DNA of 63,940 nucleotides, the filler included, from Octopus bimaculoides (Eukaryota): assembly GCF_001194135.2 (NCBI RefSeq). It is 5 parts of 5 records of this genome, joined end to end, with 100 filler letters (N's around TTAATTAATTAA, not from the genome) between each part and the next. Parts side by side here need not be neighbours in the genome. Positions count along the whole stretch, not along the records: positions 23,019 to 53,896 come from NC_068981.1; 4 more parts are not named here. One strand, 5' to 3'. The notes beneath the pieces are model-generated. The model saw nothing but the letters and a program-made list of their open reading frames with translations, had not been told where the DNA came from and did not search any database. Each line of letters opens with the position of its first letter. Position 1 is the first letter of the stretch. The position numbers and the translations under genes were made by a program. Below are positions 24,728 to 37,063 of the stretch, piece by piece.

Positions 24728-25740
24728 TCAATTCTGTTGTGGTGGGCTGGTCTTCTTGCATACAGCAATGCACCACCTATCTTGATCTTCTATCATCTTC
24801 GTAAGGCTCAGTATTTTGAAATCGGCCTTCAGCACCTCATCCCATGTTTTCCTGGGCCTCTCTCTTCCACATCTTCCCTCTACTTTTATTGACCAGCACT
24901 TCTTAATACAACTGTCCTCATCCATCTGCCTTACATGACCAAACCAGCACAGTCTCCTCTCTTGCACACTGCATATATTTCCTCTTATGCCCAACTTCTC
25001 TCTCAATACACCAGCACTCTGTCACACTGACATCATACATCCAGTAAAGCATACCAGTTTCATTCCTACCCAGCCTTCACATGTCCTCTGCATTCAGATC
25101 CCACATCTCACTTCCATGCAGCATCACAGTTCAAACACAAGCATCATACAATCTTCCCTTCACTTGGAGAGAGAAAATTTTGGTTGCCAACAGAAGTAAA
25201 AGCTCTCTGAACTTTCCCTATCCTATTCTTATTCTAAAAATTACACTTTCTGTACAATCCTCTCCACTGTTAATTAGGTCACCTAAGTCACAAAACTTCC
25301 AGAGAGCCACCTGGACATATTTTTGGAAATCAGTTTCCCTTGTATCTGTGGTCTTTATGGCTTCCATACATCTACATGCAAACATTACTTTCTCTGTTAA
25401 CCTTCCTACTAGTCCAATGCATCTCTTGTGTGTCCATAGCTTGCACTGGGTATACCAAATGAAATTTCTGCCAACATCCTTCCTACATATCATGTTGGGC
25501 CATTTACTGGAAAGGTCCTGTCTGATTTCTTACTTACTAGGACCCAGGTCTTTGCTAAGTTTACTTTAAGATTCTTGGATTCCAGGTTTTGTTTCCACAT
25601 CTAGAATTTCTTTTCTAATTCTGTTACAGATTTTGTTAAGAGGGTAAGTTCATCAGCATACAGTAGTAGTTCTCATGGGCTTCTAGTCTTAAATTCCTTT
25701 GTTAGGGCCTGAAGGACAATGGTAAGTGGGAGGGGACTGA
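24728..25740 (-). mobile_element. Decayed RTE LINE (YADD region to C-terminus)
   Basis: ICRKDVGRN...CKLWTHKRC and MREKLGIRG...QERRLCWFGHVRQMDEDSCIKKC...RPRKTWDEV; multiple frameshifts. Confidence 0.85.
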
Positions 25741-25797
25741 AGACCTACTTTTGGTGGACACTTACCTGTACACTAAATTCATCGCTGACCCATGGCC

Positions 25798-25834
<37 letters not shown>

Positions 25835-27014
25835 GCACACATACACGCACACACACAGAAACATGTTTAATGTTCCTCACATTTTCTGCTCACAATACTT
25901 TGGTTGGGCTGGGCATGTAATAGAACACAGTTAGTCAAGGTGCTGCATGTGGTAGGACTGAACCTGAAACTATGTAGTTTCAAAATGAACTTCTTGACCA
26001 CACAATCATGTTTGTGCTTGTGGTTGTCTGTAGATGCATTTTGATTTGCTTAGTTACAGTTAATAGTTTAATAGTACAGTTTAATACAGTTTAAGTAGCT
26101 TAAATTAAAATAAAATTAGTTGTGTGCACTCCTGAAAAGTAATGTAACTTTCTACGGTAACATAATCTGGGTTCATTATGGCCTACCAAGCAAAAAAGAA
26201 AAAAAAAAATCATTAAATAATATAGTTCTTAATGTACAAGAAAGTACAGAAACTAGTCATGTCTGAAACACTGGATTATTGATCAGTTCAATCAGGATTC
26301 ATATGAGACTAACAACCAATTTTTGAAGTCAGCCCTGATTGAGCAGACTTAGGATCAATGACATTTCAGCTATGACCATTTTGTTTTTATCTTTATGTCA
26401 AAGTTATTTCTTAAATATTCAAATCATTCTCGAAATCTGGTATGTGAATTTGTTTGCATGAAATGTTTTTTAAGCCTGTGTCAACTCTGAGTGTGCAGAC
26501 ATCTAATCACAGACATTCCAGACCTACATTATCTAATGTGTTCTTTGCATTTTTAAAATTGTAGGATGGGTATGATTTGAAAGAAATGAGACTGCTATTT
26601 CTAGTTGGTTGAGCAACATGTTGAAGCTTTCTCAGTTCTACATGAATTTCACAAGATGTTTAATCATCTGTGAGTGTGTTGTAGGTCACATCCTCTCCAG
26701 AAGTTTTATTATCTGCTGAATGTTAAATAACCAAAATAAAGTAAACAAAGAAAACAGTCACAATGTACAGGTAAAACAAAATATAACTCATAGAAATGCT
26801 TATTGATTTATGAAAATAGTGCACCAGCTGCACTCAGGTAACTATAACAACCATGAAATATTCACATGGCTCATTGGAAGTTGTCGATAAGTTCTGTTAC
26901 CTGGCAGATGTGCATAGTGATAGCATAGCAGCTTAAGTTGAAGGTGTTGTGCTGCAAGGCATTTAAAGTATGATTACTGTTGTTGACAATTAGGGGTTTA
27001 TTTTTCACTGTATA

Positions 27015-27071
<57 letters not shown>

Positions 27072-27291
27072 NNNNNNNNNNNNNNNNNNNNNNNNNNNNN
27101 NNNNNNNNNNNNNNNNNNNNNNNNNNNNNNNNNNNNNNNNNNNNNNNNNNNNNNNNNNNNNNNNNNNNNNNNNNNNNNNNNNNNNNNNNNNNNNNNNNNN
27201 NNNNNNNNNNNNNNNNNNNNNNNNNNNNNNNNNNNNNNNNNNNNNNNNNNNNNNNNNNNNNNNNNNNNNNNNNNNNNTTTATATAGATATA

Positions 27292-28020
27292 TGCAGTGAA
27301 TAAACTGTCATCTGAATTATGCAAAAATGAAAATAACACTAACATCTCATTTTAACAGTTATATTTACCAAAATTACACAAAAATATCTTGAAATACTAA
27401 AGAGTAAATTTATTCAATAAAATCGCCATTGAATTCAACCATGACCTCCAGACGACTTCGGAATCTCCTGCAACTCTTCTGAACTGTCTCCTTGTTTAAG
27501 TTGGTAAATGCTGCCATAATCCTTGCCTACAGTTCATCTTTGGTGCTAGGAGTTTTGTTGGTCTCTTGTTGAACTGCACCCCGTACATAATAATCAAGGG
27601 GGTTGCAGTCTGGGGAGTTAGACAGCAAGATGTTAAGAGTGATATGGTTGCAGAAATTGTCTGACAGGCACAACTGGGTTCTCCTGCTTGGGTGGCATGG
27701 TTCAAAGTCCTGTTGTTAGGGTTAGGGTCTCCCAGCAGCCACCCTCTTGACCCAGATCAGCACTACCTCCTCCAGGCACTTGATGTAGGCATCCTTGTTG
27801 AGCCTGAAGCCATGTGGGAAGATGAATGGAGGCATAACGTCGCTGTCACTAGTGATCACTCCAAACACCATGATGTTGACTGGATGTTTGATTTTTTTAA
27901 CACTATCAGTACATGTCCTCAGATTGACACTCAAACACTCTGAAATGTTTGTATTGGAGCTTCCAGTGTGGATGCCAAGCAATACAGCATGTCATTTCCA
28001 AATTTCTGGCAGAGTGAATT
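27292..28020 (-). mobile_element. DD37D (maT)-type transposon relic, second copy
   Basis: KHPVNIMVFGVITSDSDVMPPFIFPHG...KRVAAGRP, homologous to 34967-35822. Confidence 0.85.
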
Positions 28021-28121
28021 GNNNNNNNNNNNNNNNNNNNNNNNNNNNNNNNNNNNNNNNNNNNNNNNNNNNNNNNNNNNNNNNNNNNNNNNNNNNNNNN
28101 NNNNNNNNNNNNNNNNNNNNN

Positions 28122-29820
28122 CCTCTATGCTGATGACCTTGCTCTAATAGCCGAGTCACTGCCAGAACTAGTGATGAAGTTTAATTGTGTGGAAGCAAGG
28201 TCTAGAATCGAAGGACCTTAGGTTTAACCTAGCAAAAACCAAAGTCTTAGTAAGTAGGAAGGCGAACACATCACAAACTCCTTCAAGTAGATGGCCCTGC
28301 TCGATCTGTAGAAAAGGCGTGGGTAGGTACTCCATTGGAGGTACCCGGTGTAAGCTATGGACACATAAAAGGTGTGGCAATATCAAAGGAAGGTTAACTG
28401 GGAAGATAGTTTTTGTGTGTGGCAGATGCACAGGGGCAATAAACACTGAAAATGTACAGAAAACAGATTCCATCACATGTCAGGAGGAGAAACTAGAGGT
28501 AATTAATAGCTTCCGCTACCTAGGTGACCAAGTCTGTAGTAGGGGTGGTTGCTCTCAGAGTGTAGAGGCTAGAATAAGAATAGTCTGGGTAAAGTTCAGG
28601 GAGTTCCTACCTCTGCTGGCAACTAAGGACCTCTTGCTCAGGATGAAAGGTAGACTGTATGATGCATGTGTGTGAATTGCCATGCTACATGGCAGTGAAA
28701 CATGGGCCATGACTGCTGAGGACATGCGTAAGCTTGAAGGAAATGAAGCTAGTATGCTCTGCTGGATGTGTAATGTCAGTGTGCATACTAGACAGAGTGT
28801 AAGCACCCTGAGAGAAAAGATGGGCATAAGAAGCATCAAATGTGGTGTGCAAGAGCGACGATTGCATTGGTATGGTCATGTGTTATGTTTGGATGAGGAG
28901 ACCTGTGTGAGGATGTACCACTCCCTAACTGTGGAAGGAACCTGTGGAAGAGGTAAACCCAGGAAGACATGGGATGAGGTGGTGGAGCATGACCCTCGAA
29001 CATTGGGCCTCAAAGAGGCAATGACAGGAGACTGAGACCTTTGGCGATATGCTGTGATTGAGAAGACTCTGCAATTAAAGTAAGATAGCAGCCGTTGCTG
29101 ATGTCAGTGTTGCATGTCCGACCTGTTTAAGAGTACCTGCTGATGTGTTGGGCGATATGATATGCTTGAGAAAACCTGTTGAGTCAAGTAAAACCAAAAT
29201 CGTAGCTGTGGCCAGTGCCCCCTGAATAGCTCCTGTTCCAGTGGCATGTAAATTGTCATTCGAATGCAGTTGATGCCAGTATCCCCTGGCAGGCTCCAGT
29301 GCCGGTGGCACGTAGAAAGTACCACCTAAATGTGGTCGATGCCTGGTCCACCTGATTGGCTCCCGTGCTGGTGGCATGTAAATAGCACCATCCGAATATG
29401 GCCAATACCAGTTCCCCTTGACTGGCTCCTGTGCTGGTGGCACATAAAAAACACTATCCGAATGTGATCAATGCCAGGACCGCCTGACTAGCCCCTGTGC
29501 TGGTAGCACGTAAAAAGCACCATTTGAACGTGGCCAATGCCAATACCCACTGACTGGCTCCCGTGCCCATGGCACATAAGCATTATCCAAACATGATCGA
29601 TGTCAGGCCTGCCTTACCGACTCCTGTGCCTGTGGCATGTGAAAAGCATCCACTACATCCTCGAAGTGCTTGGCGTCAAGAAGGGTATTAAGCTGTAGAA
29701 ACATATCCAGATCAGATTGGGGCCTGGCGCAGTCACTGGCACTCCAGACCTCAGTCAAGCGGTCCAACCCATGCCAGCATGGAAAGCAGATGTTAAACAA
29801 TGGTGATAATGATGATGATG
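28122..29820 (+). mobile_element. RTE LINE 3' half (LYADDL to C-terminus) with 3' UTR minisatellite and (GAT)n tail
   Basis: LYADDLALIAES...FNLAKTKVLV...PCSICRKGVG...CKLWTHKRC...FRYLGD...LHGSETWAM...RLHWYGHV...KPRKTWDEVV; a few stops and frameshifts. Confidence 0.92.
29211..29655 (+). repeat. About 66-bp minisatellite, 7 units, inside the RTE 3' UTR
   Basis: Units start at 29211, 29275, 29341, 29407, 29473, 29539 and 29602; shared core CTCC(T/C)GTGC..GTGGCA(C/T)GTAAA. Confidence 0.88.
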
Positions 29821-29837
29821 ATATATGTATGTATATA

Positions 29838-29871
<34 letters not shown>

Positions 29872-30173
29872 TAAATATATGTATATGTATAGATATGTAT
29901 ATATATGTATATGTGTATGTATATATATATGTATATATGCATATGTATGCATATATGCATGTATATGTATATATATGTATGTATATATGCGTGTATATGT
30001 ATCTATGCAAATGTATGTATATATGCATGTATATAAATATATGTATGTGTATATGTATGTATATATGTATGTATATATGTATGTATGTATGTATATATGT
30101 ATGTATGTATATATGTATATATGTATGTATGTATATATGTATGTATATATATGTATATATATGTATGTATATA

Positions 30174-30216
<43 letters not shown>
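29821..30216. repeat. About 400-bp compound (TA)/(TATG)n low-complexity tract
   Basis: Direct reading; source of several spurious YI/CMYV ORFs. Confidence 0.95.
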
Positions 30217-30220
<4 letters not shown>

Positions 30221-30673
30221 CACATTGTGTTCTTGAGCAAAGCATTTCATTTCACATCACTCCAGCCCACTCAGCTGACAAAATGAGTAATCCTGTGACG
30301 GACTGGCATCCCATCCATTCGGGGAACATATATATCATAAAATCCAGAAATCGACCCTTTTGAGTTGATATGACTCGAGAAAGTAACTTTATATCTATGA
30401 TCCATGGTTTCCTGTGGTAGAATGCAGTGCACCAAAATATAAAGTTTTCTTCAGAGCAGGAGTCTGATCTAAATGCTTCTTGCTGCATATTGGACTCTGT
30501 GGCATGTAAAGCTTCAAAAATCATTCCTGCATTGTATAAGAAATATCATTAGAAAATAGAATCTGAGATTAAGTACTCGGAAAGCCAAATTTATGACTTG
30601 GTTTCGCTTTATTTATAACATTAGTGTCTTTGCAAAAACCATAACAAAATTGAGATCCTAAAACCAAGGTGCC

Positions 30674-30942
30674 ATGTAAAAAGTTTTAGTGTGGGTGCTG
30701 GTACTATGTAAAAAGTTTTAGTGTAGGTGCTGGTACTATGTAAAAAGCACTGGTGCTGGTGCCACATAAAAAGCACCCAGTACACTCTGTAAAATGGTTG
30801 GTGTTAGAAAGGGCATCCAGCTGTGGAAACCAAACCGAAACAGACTATGGAATTTGGTGTAGTCCCTGGCCTTGCCAGTTTCTGTCAAGAATTCAAACTT
30901 GTGCCAGTATGGAAGATGGGCGTTAAATGTTGATGATGATGA
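30674..30942 (+). mobile_element. RTE 3' tail fragment preceded by a 32-bp tandem duplication
   Basis: ATGTAAAAAGTTTTAGTGT(G/A)GGTGCTGGTACT x2, then GGTTGGTGTTAGAAAGGGCATCCAGCTG...GTTAAATGTTGATGATG. Confidence 0.75.
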
Positions 30943-32085
30943 CAAAGCATTTTCCTCATATATCAACCTGTGAAGATTGTCATCACCACTACCACTAATA
31001 TCATCATCGTTGTCATCATTCTGTGTTTGCTTTTCGATATTTTCATGGGTTGGCTAGATCTTTAGCACAGTGTCTCACCATTTGTTTCCTTTGTAAGGTT
31101 CAACCTTTCAGATCAGCTTTCACCCCTCACCACCACCCACCTCTGCTCCTATCTTCCTCTTCCTTAAATTCCTTTCATGTGTATTGCTTGGCACAATTTT
31201 ACTCAACTCTCCTCCTCCACATTCATTACTAGTTGCCTTTCCTGTTTCCTGGTTATATTAAAAAAATAAATAAGTGGAGGTGGATTCAGATATTTGCTTT
31301 TTATTTCATATTTTCTATTTTTTCTTTACTTTATCTCATGTGACTGAGATAAGTAAGTCATTTAATTATTTTTATATGCACCAGTTAGTAAAAGCCTAAT
31401 TTTTTTTATACAACTATTTTGAACTATAGTCATTTAACTTTGTACTTAAGTCTTTGCTTTCATAAATACAAGTTGTTATCTTGTGATATTTTAAGTTGCT
31501 GTTTTACTTGAATTTTCCATGGGATAGGTTTTATTGTTGTTGCATTGAAATTTTTTTTTAAATATTTGTAAGTAGAAGTAAGAAATTTGAAATTTTTTAG
31601 TCTGGCAAACTAGAGCAAATTGCTATAAGCTTTTCTCTACTAGTAAGATTTTCAACTTATAACCATATCATTTGTAATCCTATACCTTAGTATCACATAA
31701 ATTTGAAATATATAATAATTTAATTTTTGTTTTTTTTTTCTTCGTGCTTATTGTGGTTTTACAGTCATGAAATATCAAATACAACCAAAGTTGAAGCAAT
31801 TTTTTTTCAGTTACAATGTCATCGTCATCATAATCATCATCATCATCATAGCATTTTGTTTCTCTTTTTATTTCTCCATTACATAGTTGTGTAATGCAGT
31901 GTCTCTTCATGATTTGTGATCTCTCTGTATAACCTAATATTCTTAAGTTTCATTTGAACAATTTCTCACCAGATCTGTTTTGAATTGCCTTTCTCTGTCT
32001 GTCTGTCTCTCTCTCTCTCTCACACACACATGCACAGATTTTCTCTTTTTCTCTCTCTTTTTCTTTATTTTTCATTGCCATTCAT

Positions 32086-32917
32086 GTATCAAAAGTTCCT
32101 GGACTAGCTCTGTAGTGCGCCAACAGGTGGCAGCACACAGTTGTGTGTGCAGTGAGAGCTAGCAATGACCTTCATGAGGCAATGTGGCAAGTGATATTGT
32201 TGTTTACTTCTCAAGTTGTGAAATTTGTGTTTTTGTGATCACGTGTATGCTGTAGTCTGTGATGTTTGTCATGAACAGGAAGTTGGGACAAAGAGCCAAC
32301 TTGAAATTTTGTGTTGAACTTGGGAAGTCTACTACAGAGATATTGAGCATGCTTCAGCAAGATTATGGCAATGAGGCAATGGGTCGTGCGCAATGTTTCA
32401 AGTGGCACAAGTGCTTCAAAAGCAGAAGAACATCCCTGGAAGACAATGAGTGATCTGGAAATGTAGAGAAAATTCATCAACTTGTGCGTAATGATCACCA
32501 GAGGACAATTGACAACACTGCTGGTATTGTTGGTCTGTTATATCAGTGAGTACCAAATGTCTAGATTACACACTGTGACTGAGCTCTCCTCACTCATGAA
32601 TTTCTTGCCAAAAACAGTATGTTATCACTTCCACACCTGCCCTACTTGCCAGATTTGGCACTTGCAGACTTCCATCTCTTCCCCAAGATGAGCATGCAGC
32701 TCAAAGGCTGCTGTTTTAACACCATTGTTGAAATCAAGAGCAAATCACAGGAGGTCCTTGATTCACTCATGGAAAGCAACTTCCAGGCTGGATTTCAGAA
32801 GTGGCAGGAACACTAGGATCAGTGTGACTATTTCGAAAGAGATGATGTTAAAACTTCTGTAAATAAATTATTTTTTATTAAACATAATTACTCCAGGAAC
32901 TCTTTGGTACTGCTTCG
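32086..32917 (+). mobile_element. Internally deleted mariner-type transposon
   Basis: N-terminal QRANLKFCVELGKSTTEILSMLQQDYG...CFKWHKCFK and C-terminal PHLPYLPDLALADFHLFPKM; TIR remnants TATCAAAAGTTCCTGGA / TACCAAAGAGTTCCTGGA; right end followed by TA. Confidence 0.85.
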
Positions 32918-33244
32918 TAAGTTATTTGTATTTCTTCTCCCTTCTTATAATTGCTGTTATTATTGTTGCCACTGCTGCTGCTACTATCATCTTCGTTATC
33001 AACAGTAATACATACATGCATGTATAGCATGTATACATACATATGTACATACATGCTGTTATCTTTATCATTTAACATCCATCTTCCATGGTAGCATGGG
33101 TTGGACAGTTTAACAGGAACTGATAAGCCAGAGGACTGCACAAAACTCTATTATCTGCTGTGGCATGGTTTCTACAACTAGTTGCCCTGCCTAATGACAA
33201 TCACTTTACAGTGCATACTTACTGGGTGATTTTTACATGAGACC

Positions 33245-33276
<32 letters not shown>

Positions 33277-33706
33277 TACACATAGTGGAGGCATGGAGGC
33301 ATGTAGCTTGATGATTTTGATTCCTGAACTGAGCAATGTGTTATGTTCTTCAGGAAAACACTTTATTTCACAGTGCTGGCAAAAATGAGTATTTCTGTGA
33401 TGGATCAGCAGCCCATCCAACAGGGAATATATACGCTTCAGAAACCAAGAAACTGGCCTTATGAGTCTATGTGACTTGAGAAGATAATGTCTTCTGCTCA
33501 AAAGGCAATTGACAAATGGTGGAATGAATTATCATTTCAACCAAGAAACCATGGGTAGCTATTATTGCAAGATCTGTGGATTTTAATTTAAGATTATCTT
33601 TACTCTCTTGGCTGATTGAGTACTTTTCTACTTGTTAAAGCATTACCACATAATATATATGCATGCATATATACATACGTACATACATACATACATACAT
33701 ACATAT

Positions 33707-34956
33707 GGTCATCCCATAAATAATGCAGTTGTTTCAATTGCATGAACTAAAAGTCAGAAGAGATTAACTACCTGCATCAACTTGCTATAAAAGCACGTAG
33801 TAATTTTACCTTGTCCTTATTCTTAGTGCAAGTTTTGATGAGTGCAGTTCGATTTTAACAGTTATTTTTTCAAAGCTATAATGGAAGTGACACAGGAACA
33901 TATTCGGCATATTTTGCTTTATGAGTTCAATAAAGGCAACAGTGCAATGGAAAGTGTGAGGAATATTAATGCAGTACATATGTATTGGACAATAAGCATA
34001 AGCCAGTGTCAATGGTGGTTCCAGAAATTCCGAACTGGAAACGACAGCCTAGAAGATGAGCCTCATCCTGGGAGATCTATAGAGCTCAATGAGGACATCC
34101 TGCAAACTCTGGTGGGACAAAATCACATTGTAATTGTTGAGGAATGAACAGAAAAGCTTGGATTCATTGACACCTGTGTGCCATCAAAAAAGTCAGCAAA
34201 TTGGGTCGATGGGTTCCTCACAAACTTTCTGAGTCTAATCGCATGCAGAGAGTGAATGTGTGCTCTTCTTTGCTGTCACGTCTCACAAATGAACCTTTTT
34301 TTGGACTGAATAGTGACTTGTGATGAGAAATGGGTCCTCTATAAAAATATCAAGCACTGAAGACAGTGGGCATGGAAAGGAGAAACACTGATACCCCAGG
34401 TTAGAGAAGGTCTTCACCCACATAAGGTGTTGTTTTCTGTTAGGTGGGATATGAAAGGTTTAATCCACTTTGAACTTTTAAACTCAAAGCAAACGCTGAC
34501 AAATGAGATCTACTCTGAGCAGCTTAAGTCGGCGCTAGAAGAAAAACAACCATCTTTGGTTTTAAGACAAAAGGTGTTCTTCCATCAGAATAATGCTCAG
34601 CCACATACAGTGAGAGTGACATTCCAAAAGTTGGAGCAGTTTGAATGGGAAATGTTGCCCCACCCACCATATTCACTGGACATTGCCCCATCTGATTATC
34701 ATTTATTTCACAGTCTTCAAAATCATTTGGATGGAAAAATATGAATTCTGTAGATGAGGTCAGAAAAGTATTGGAGGAGTATTTTTCATTACGGACAAGT
34801 GAATTTTGGAAGAGGGGCCTTGCAAGTTTACCAGTTAGATGGAAGAGCATTGTAGAAAATGAAGGAGAGTATATTTTAGATTAAAAAAGAACTTTATCTT
34901 AATTTTGAAAAATAAAAGGAGTATAAAAATACTGCATTATTTATGAGGTGACCCAA
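33707..34956 (+). mobile_element. Near full-length DD34D mariner, transposase pseudogene 33881-34884
   Basis: 23-bp TIRs GGTCA(TC/CC)(C/T)CATAAATAATGCAGT; MEVTQEHIRHILLYEF, TCDEKW, HQNNAQPH (D to N), HPPYSLDIAPSDYHLF with 34-residue spacing; stops and frameshifts. Confidence 0.93.
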
Positions 34957-34966
34957 CTTATATATG

Positions 34967-35822
34967 CAGGGTGTGATGGGTAAATTATCGTCATTTTATA
35001 CTTTTAATTTCGCGCATGTGCATTGCTTTTGATTTTGTTGACTACACAGTATAGTACGGTCAGTTGGCCACTGTCTGTGAGAAAAACAGCACCATAACAC
35101 AATTCAATCTGCCAGAACTTTGGAAAGGACATGTTTTACTGCTTGGCAATCACATCAGAAACTCCAATATGAACATTTCAGAGTGTTTGGGTGCCAATCT
35201 GAGGATAGTGCATGTACCGAGAGTGATAAAAATCAAACATCCAGTCAACATCATTGTGTTTGGAGTGATCACTAGTGATAGTGACAATATGCCACCATTC
35301 ATATTCCCACACAGCCTCAAACTGAACATGGAGGCCTACATCGGGTGCCTGGAGGAGGTAGTGCTGTACTGGCTCAAGAGGGTGGCTGCTGGAAGGCCCT
35401 ATGTCTGGTAACAGGACTCTGCACCATGCCACACAGGCAGGAGAACCCAGTCATAGCTATCAGACAATTTCTGTGACCACACTGCTCCTAACATCTGGCC
35501 ACCTAACTTCCCAGACTGTAACCCCTTGATTATTATGTGTGGGGCACAGTTGAGCAAGAGACCAACAAAACTTCTTGTAATACCAAAGATGAACTGAAGG
35601 CAAGGATTAAGGCAGCATTCACCAACTTAAACAAGGAGACTATCCAGAAGAGTTGCAGGGGATTCCAAAGTCATTTGGAAGCCATGGTTGAAGCTAGTAT
35701 GGCAATTTTATTGAATAAATTTACTCTTTAGTATTTCAAGATATTTTAAAGTAATTTTGGTAAATGTTAGTGTTCTTTTCATTTTTGCGTAATTTAGATG
35801 ACAATATATTTACTGTACCCTG
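34967..35822 (+). mobile_element. DD37D (maT)-type transposon, internally deleted
   Basis: Ends CAGGGTG.../...ACCCTG then TA. QDSAPCH...WPPNFPDCNP(L)DYYVW gives 37 residues between the aspartates once a 1-bp deletion at about 35524 is restored. Confidence 0.88.
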
Positions 35823-35829
35823 TAAATCT

Positions 35830-36125
35830 GAGGATTCATGGCTTAGTGATTGGTATGTTGCACTCAGAACCATGAGATTGTGATTTCAATCCCTAGAGCA
35901 GGTGGTGCGTTGTGTTCTTGAGCAAAACACACCATCTCGCGTTTCTGTGAGATCACTTTGACACCTGGTGTATGGTGTGCCATGCACCAGTTCAGACAAC
36001 GTTGATTTGATTGAGGGAGTGAGCTAATGTACAGCATATACATTTGATCACTATAAACAATCCATTTGTGCAGGTTGTTTGGCAAAAGATGAATACCCAT
36101 ATGTCATCTTCGATGGGAGAGTCCA
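35830..36125 (+). mobile_element. tRNA-derived SINE (further family; related fragment near 30225-30420)
   Basis: ATGGCTTAGTGATT...GATTTCAATCCC head followed by GTGTTCTTGAGCAAAACAC. Confidence 0.6.
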
Positions 36126-36896
36126 TCATGTATATATAAAATTGCTATGTATTCATCTACAAATTAGTGTGGTTAATTTCCTGACTTCTTACTCATTTGT
36201 GTTACTCATCAAAAAATGACTAGCCCTATTGATTTCTTCAGCAGTGAGAAAACAGTTGATTAGGTCAACCTGAGTACTTGTGTTAATTTTACTGAACCTG
36301 AATGAATGAAATAATGAAAGGCTGAATAGAATAAATACCAGTTGAGTGCTGGATAGAATAAATACCAGTTGAGTGCTGGGGTCGATATAATTGACTTGCC
36401 CACTTCCTGGAATTGCTGGCCTTATGCCAAAATTTGAAACCAATAGTTCAACTGCAAAAGGTTTTTCTACATCCAAATGTACACAAACGCATTAAATATG
36501 AAAATAAAAAACTATGCCAAGCAGACATTGGAGCATTACACATTCCTCTGCTTTGTAGGATCCTGTTCAATTTTCCAACTCATGTCAGCATGAAACACAG
36601 ATGATGTTAAATAATGGTGGTAACACACACACATGCATGTGCGCACATATGCACACATACACACACATTGTACTAGGAATTACAGTCAAATCACCTATGC
36701 TGTTTTAAATAAAGGGCATATTATATAATGTACTCTTAGGTTACACTGTTTATGAAAATAACCAAAGAAGAACTCAAAACAATGAACAGATAATAGAATT
36801 TGTTAAGTGTGAATCCAATCCTGATTTCCTAAAACTTGATATAAGTCCATTCATTAAATAAATGCTGATTATTCTTATTTATTTGTCTCATTTTAG

Positions 36897-37063
36897 TCAT
36901 CAAATCGCTCATTTAGAATCGATTATGAGCGCAACACCTTTGTTAAAGATGGCAAACCATTTAAATATGTGTCTGGCAGTATGCATTACTTCCGTACACC
37001 TAACTACTATTGGCACGACAGATTGTCTAAAATGAAAGCTGCTGGTTTGAATGCCGTTCAAAC
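36897..37063 (+). CDS. GLB1: Internal exon of lysosomal beta-galactosidase (GH35), equivalent to vertebrate GLB1 exon 2
   Basis: Pyrimidine tract plus TTTTAG acceptor; 167 nt encode [55 protein letters not shown](T); AC|GTATGT donor. Matches recalled human [53 protein letters not shown], with the same 0/2 intron phases. A GLB1-like paralog cannot be excluded. Confidence 0.9.

Noticed and set aside
29211-29655. CRISPR-like array reading of the 66-bp repeats
   Set aside because: Units are similar along their full length with no unique spacers; eukaryotic LINE UTR context.
1-36896. GLB1 exon 1, and a nested TMPPE-like ORF as in vertebrate GLB1 intron 1
   Set aside because: No signal-peptide exon with a good donor and no long unique ORF were found.
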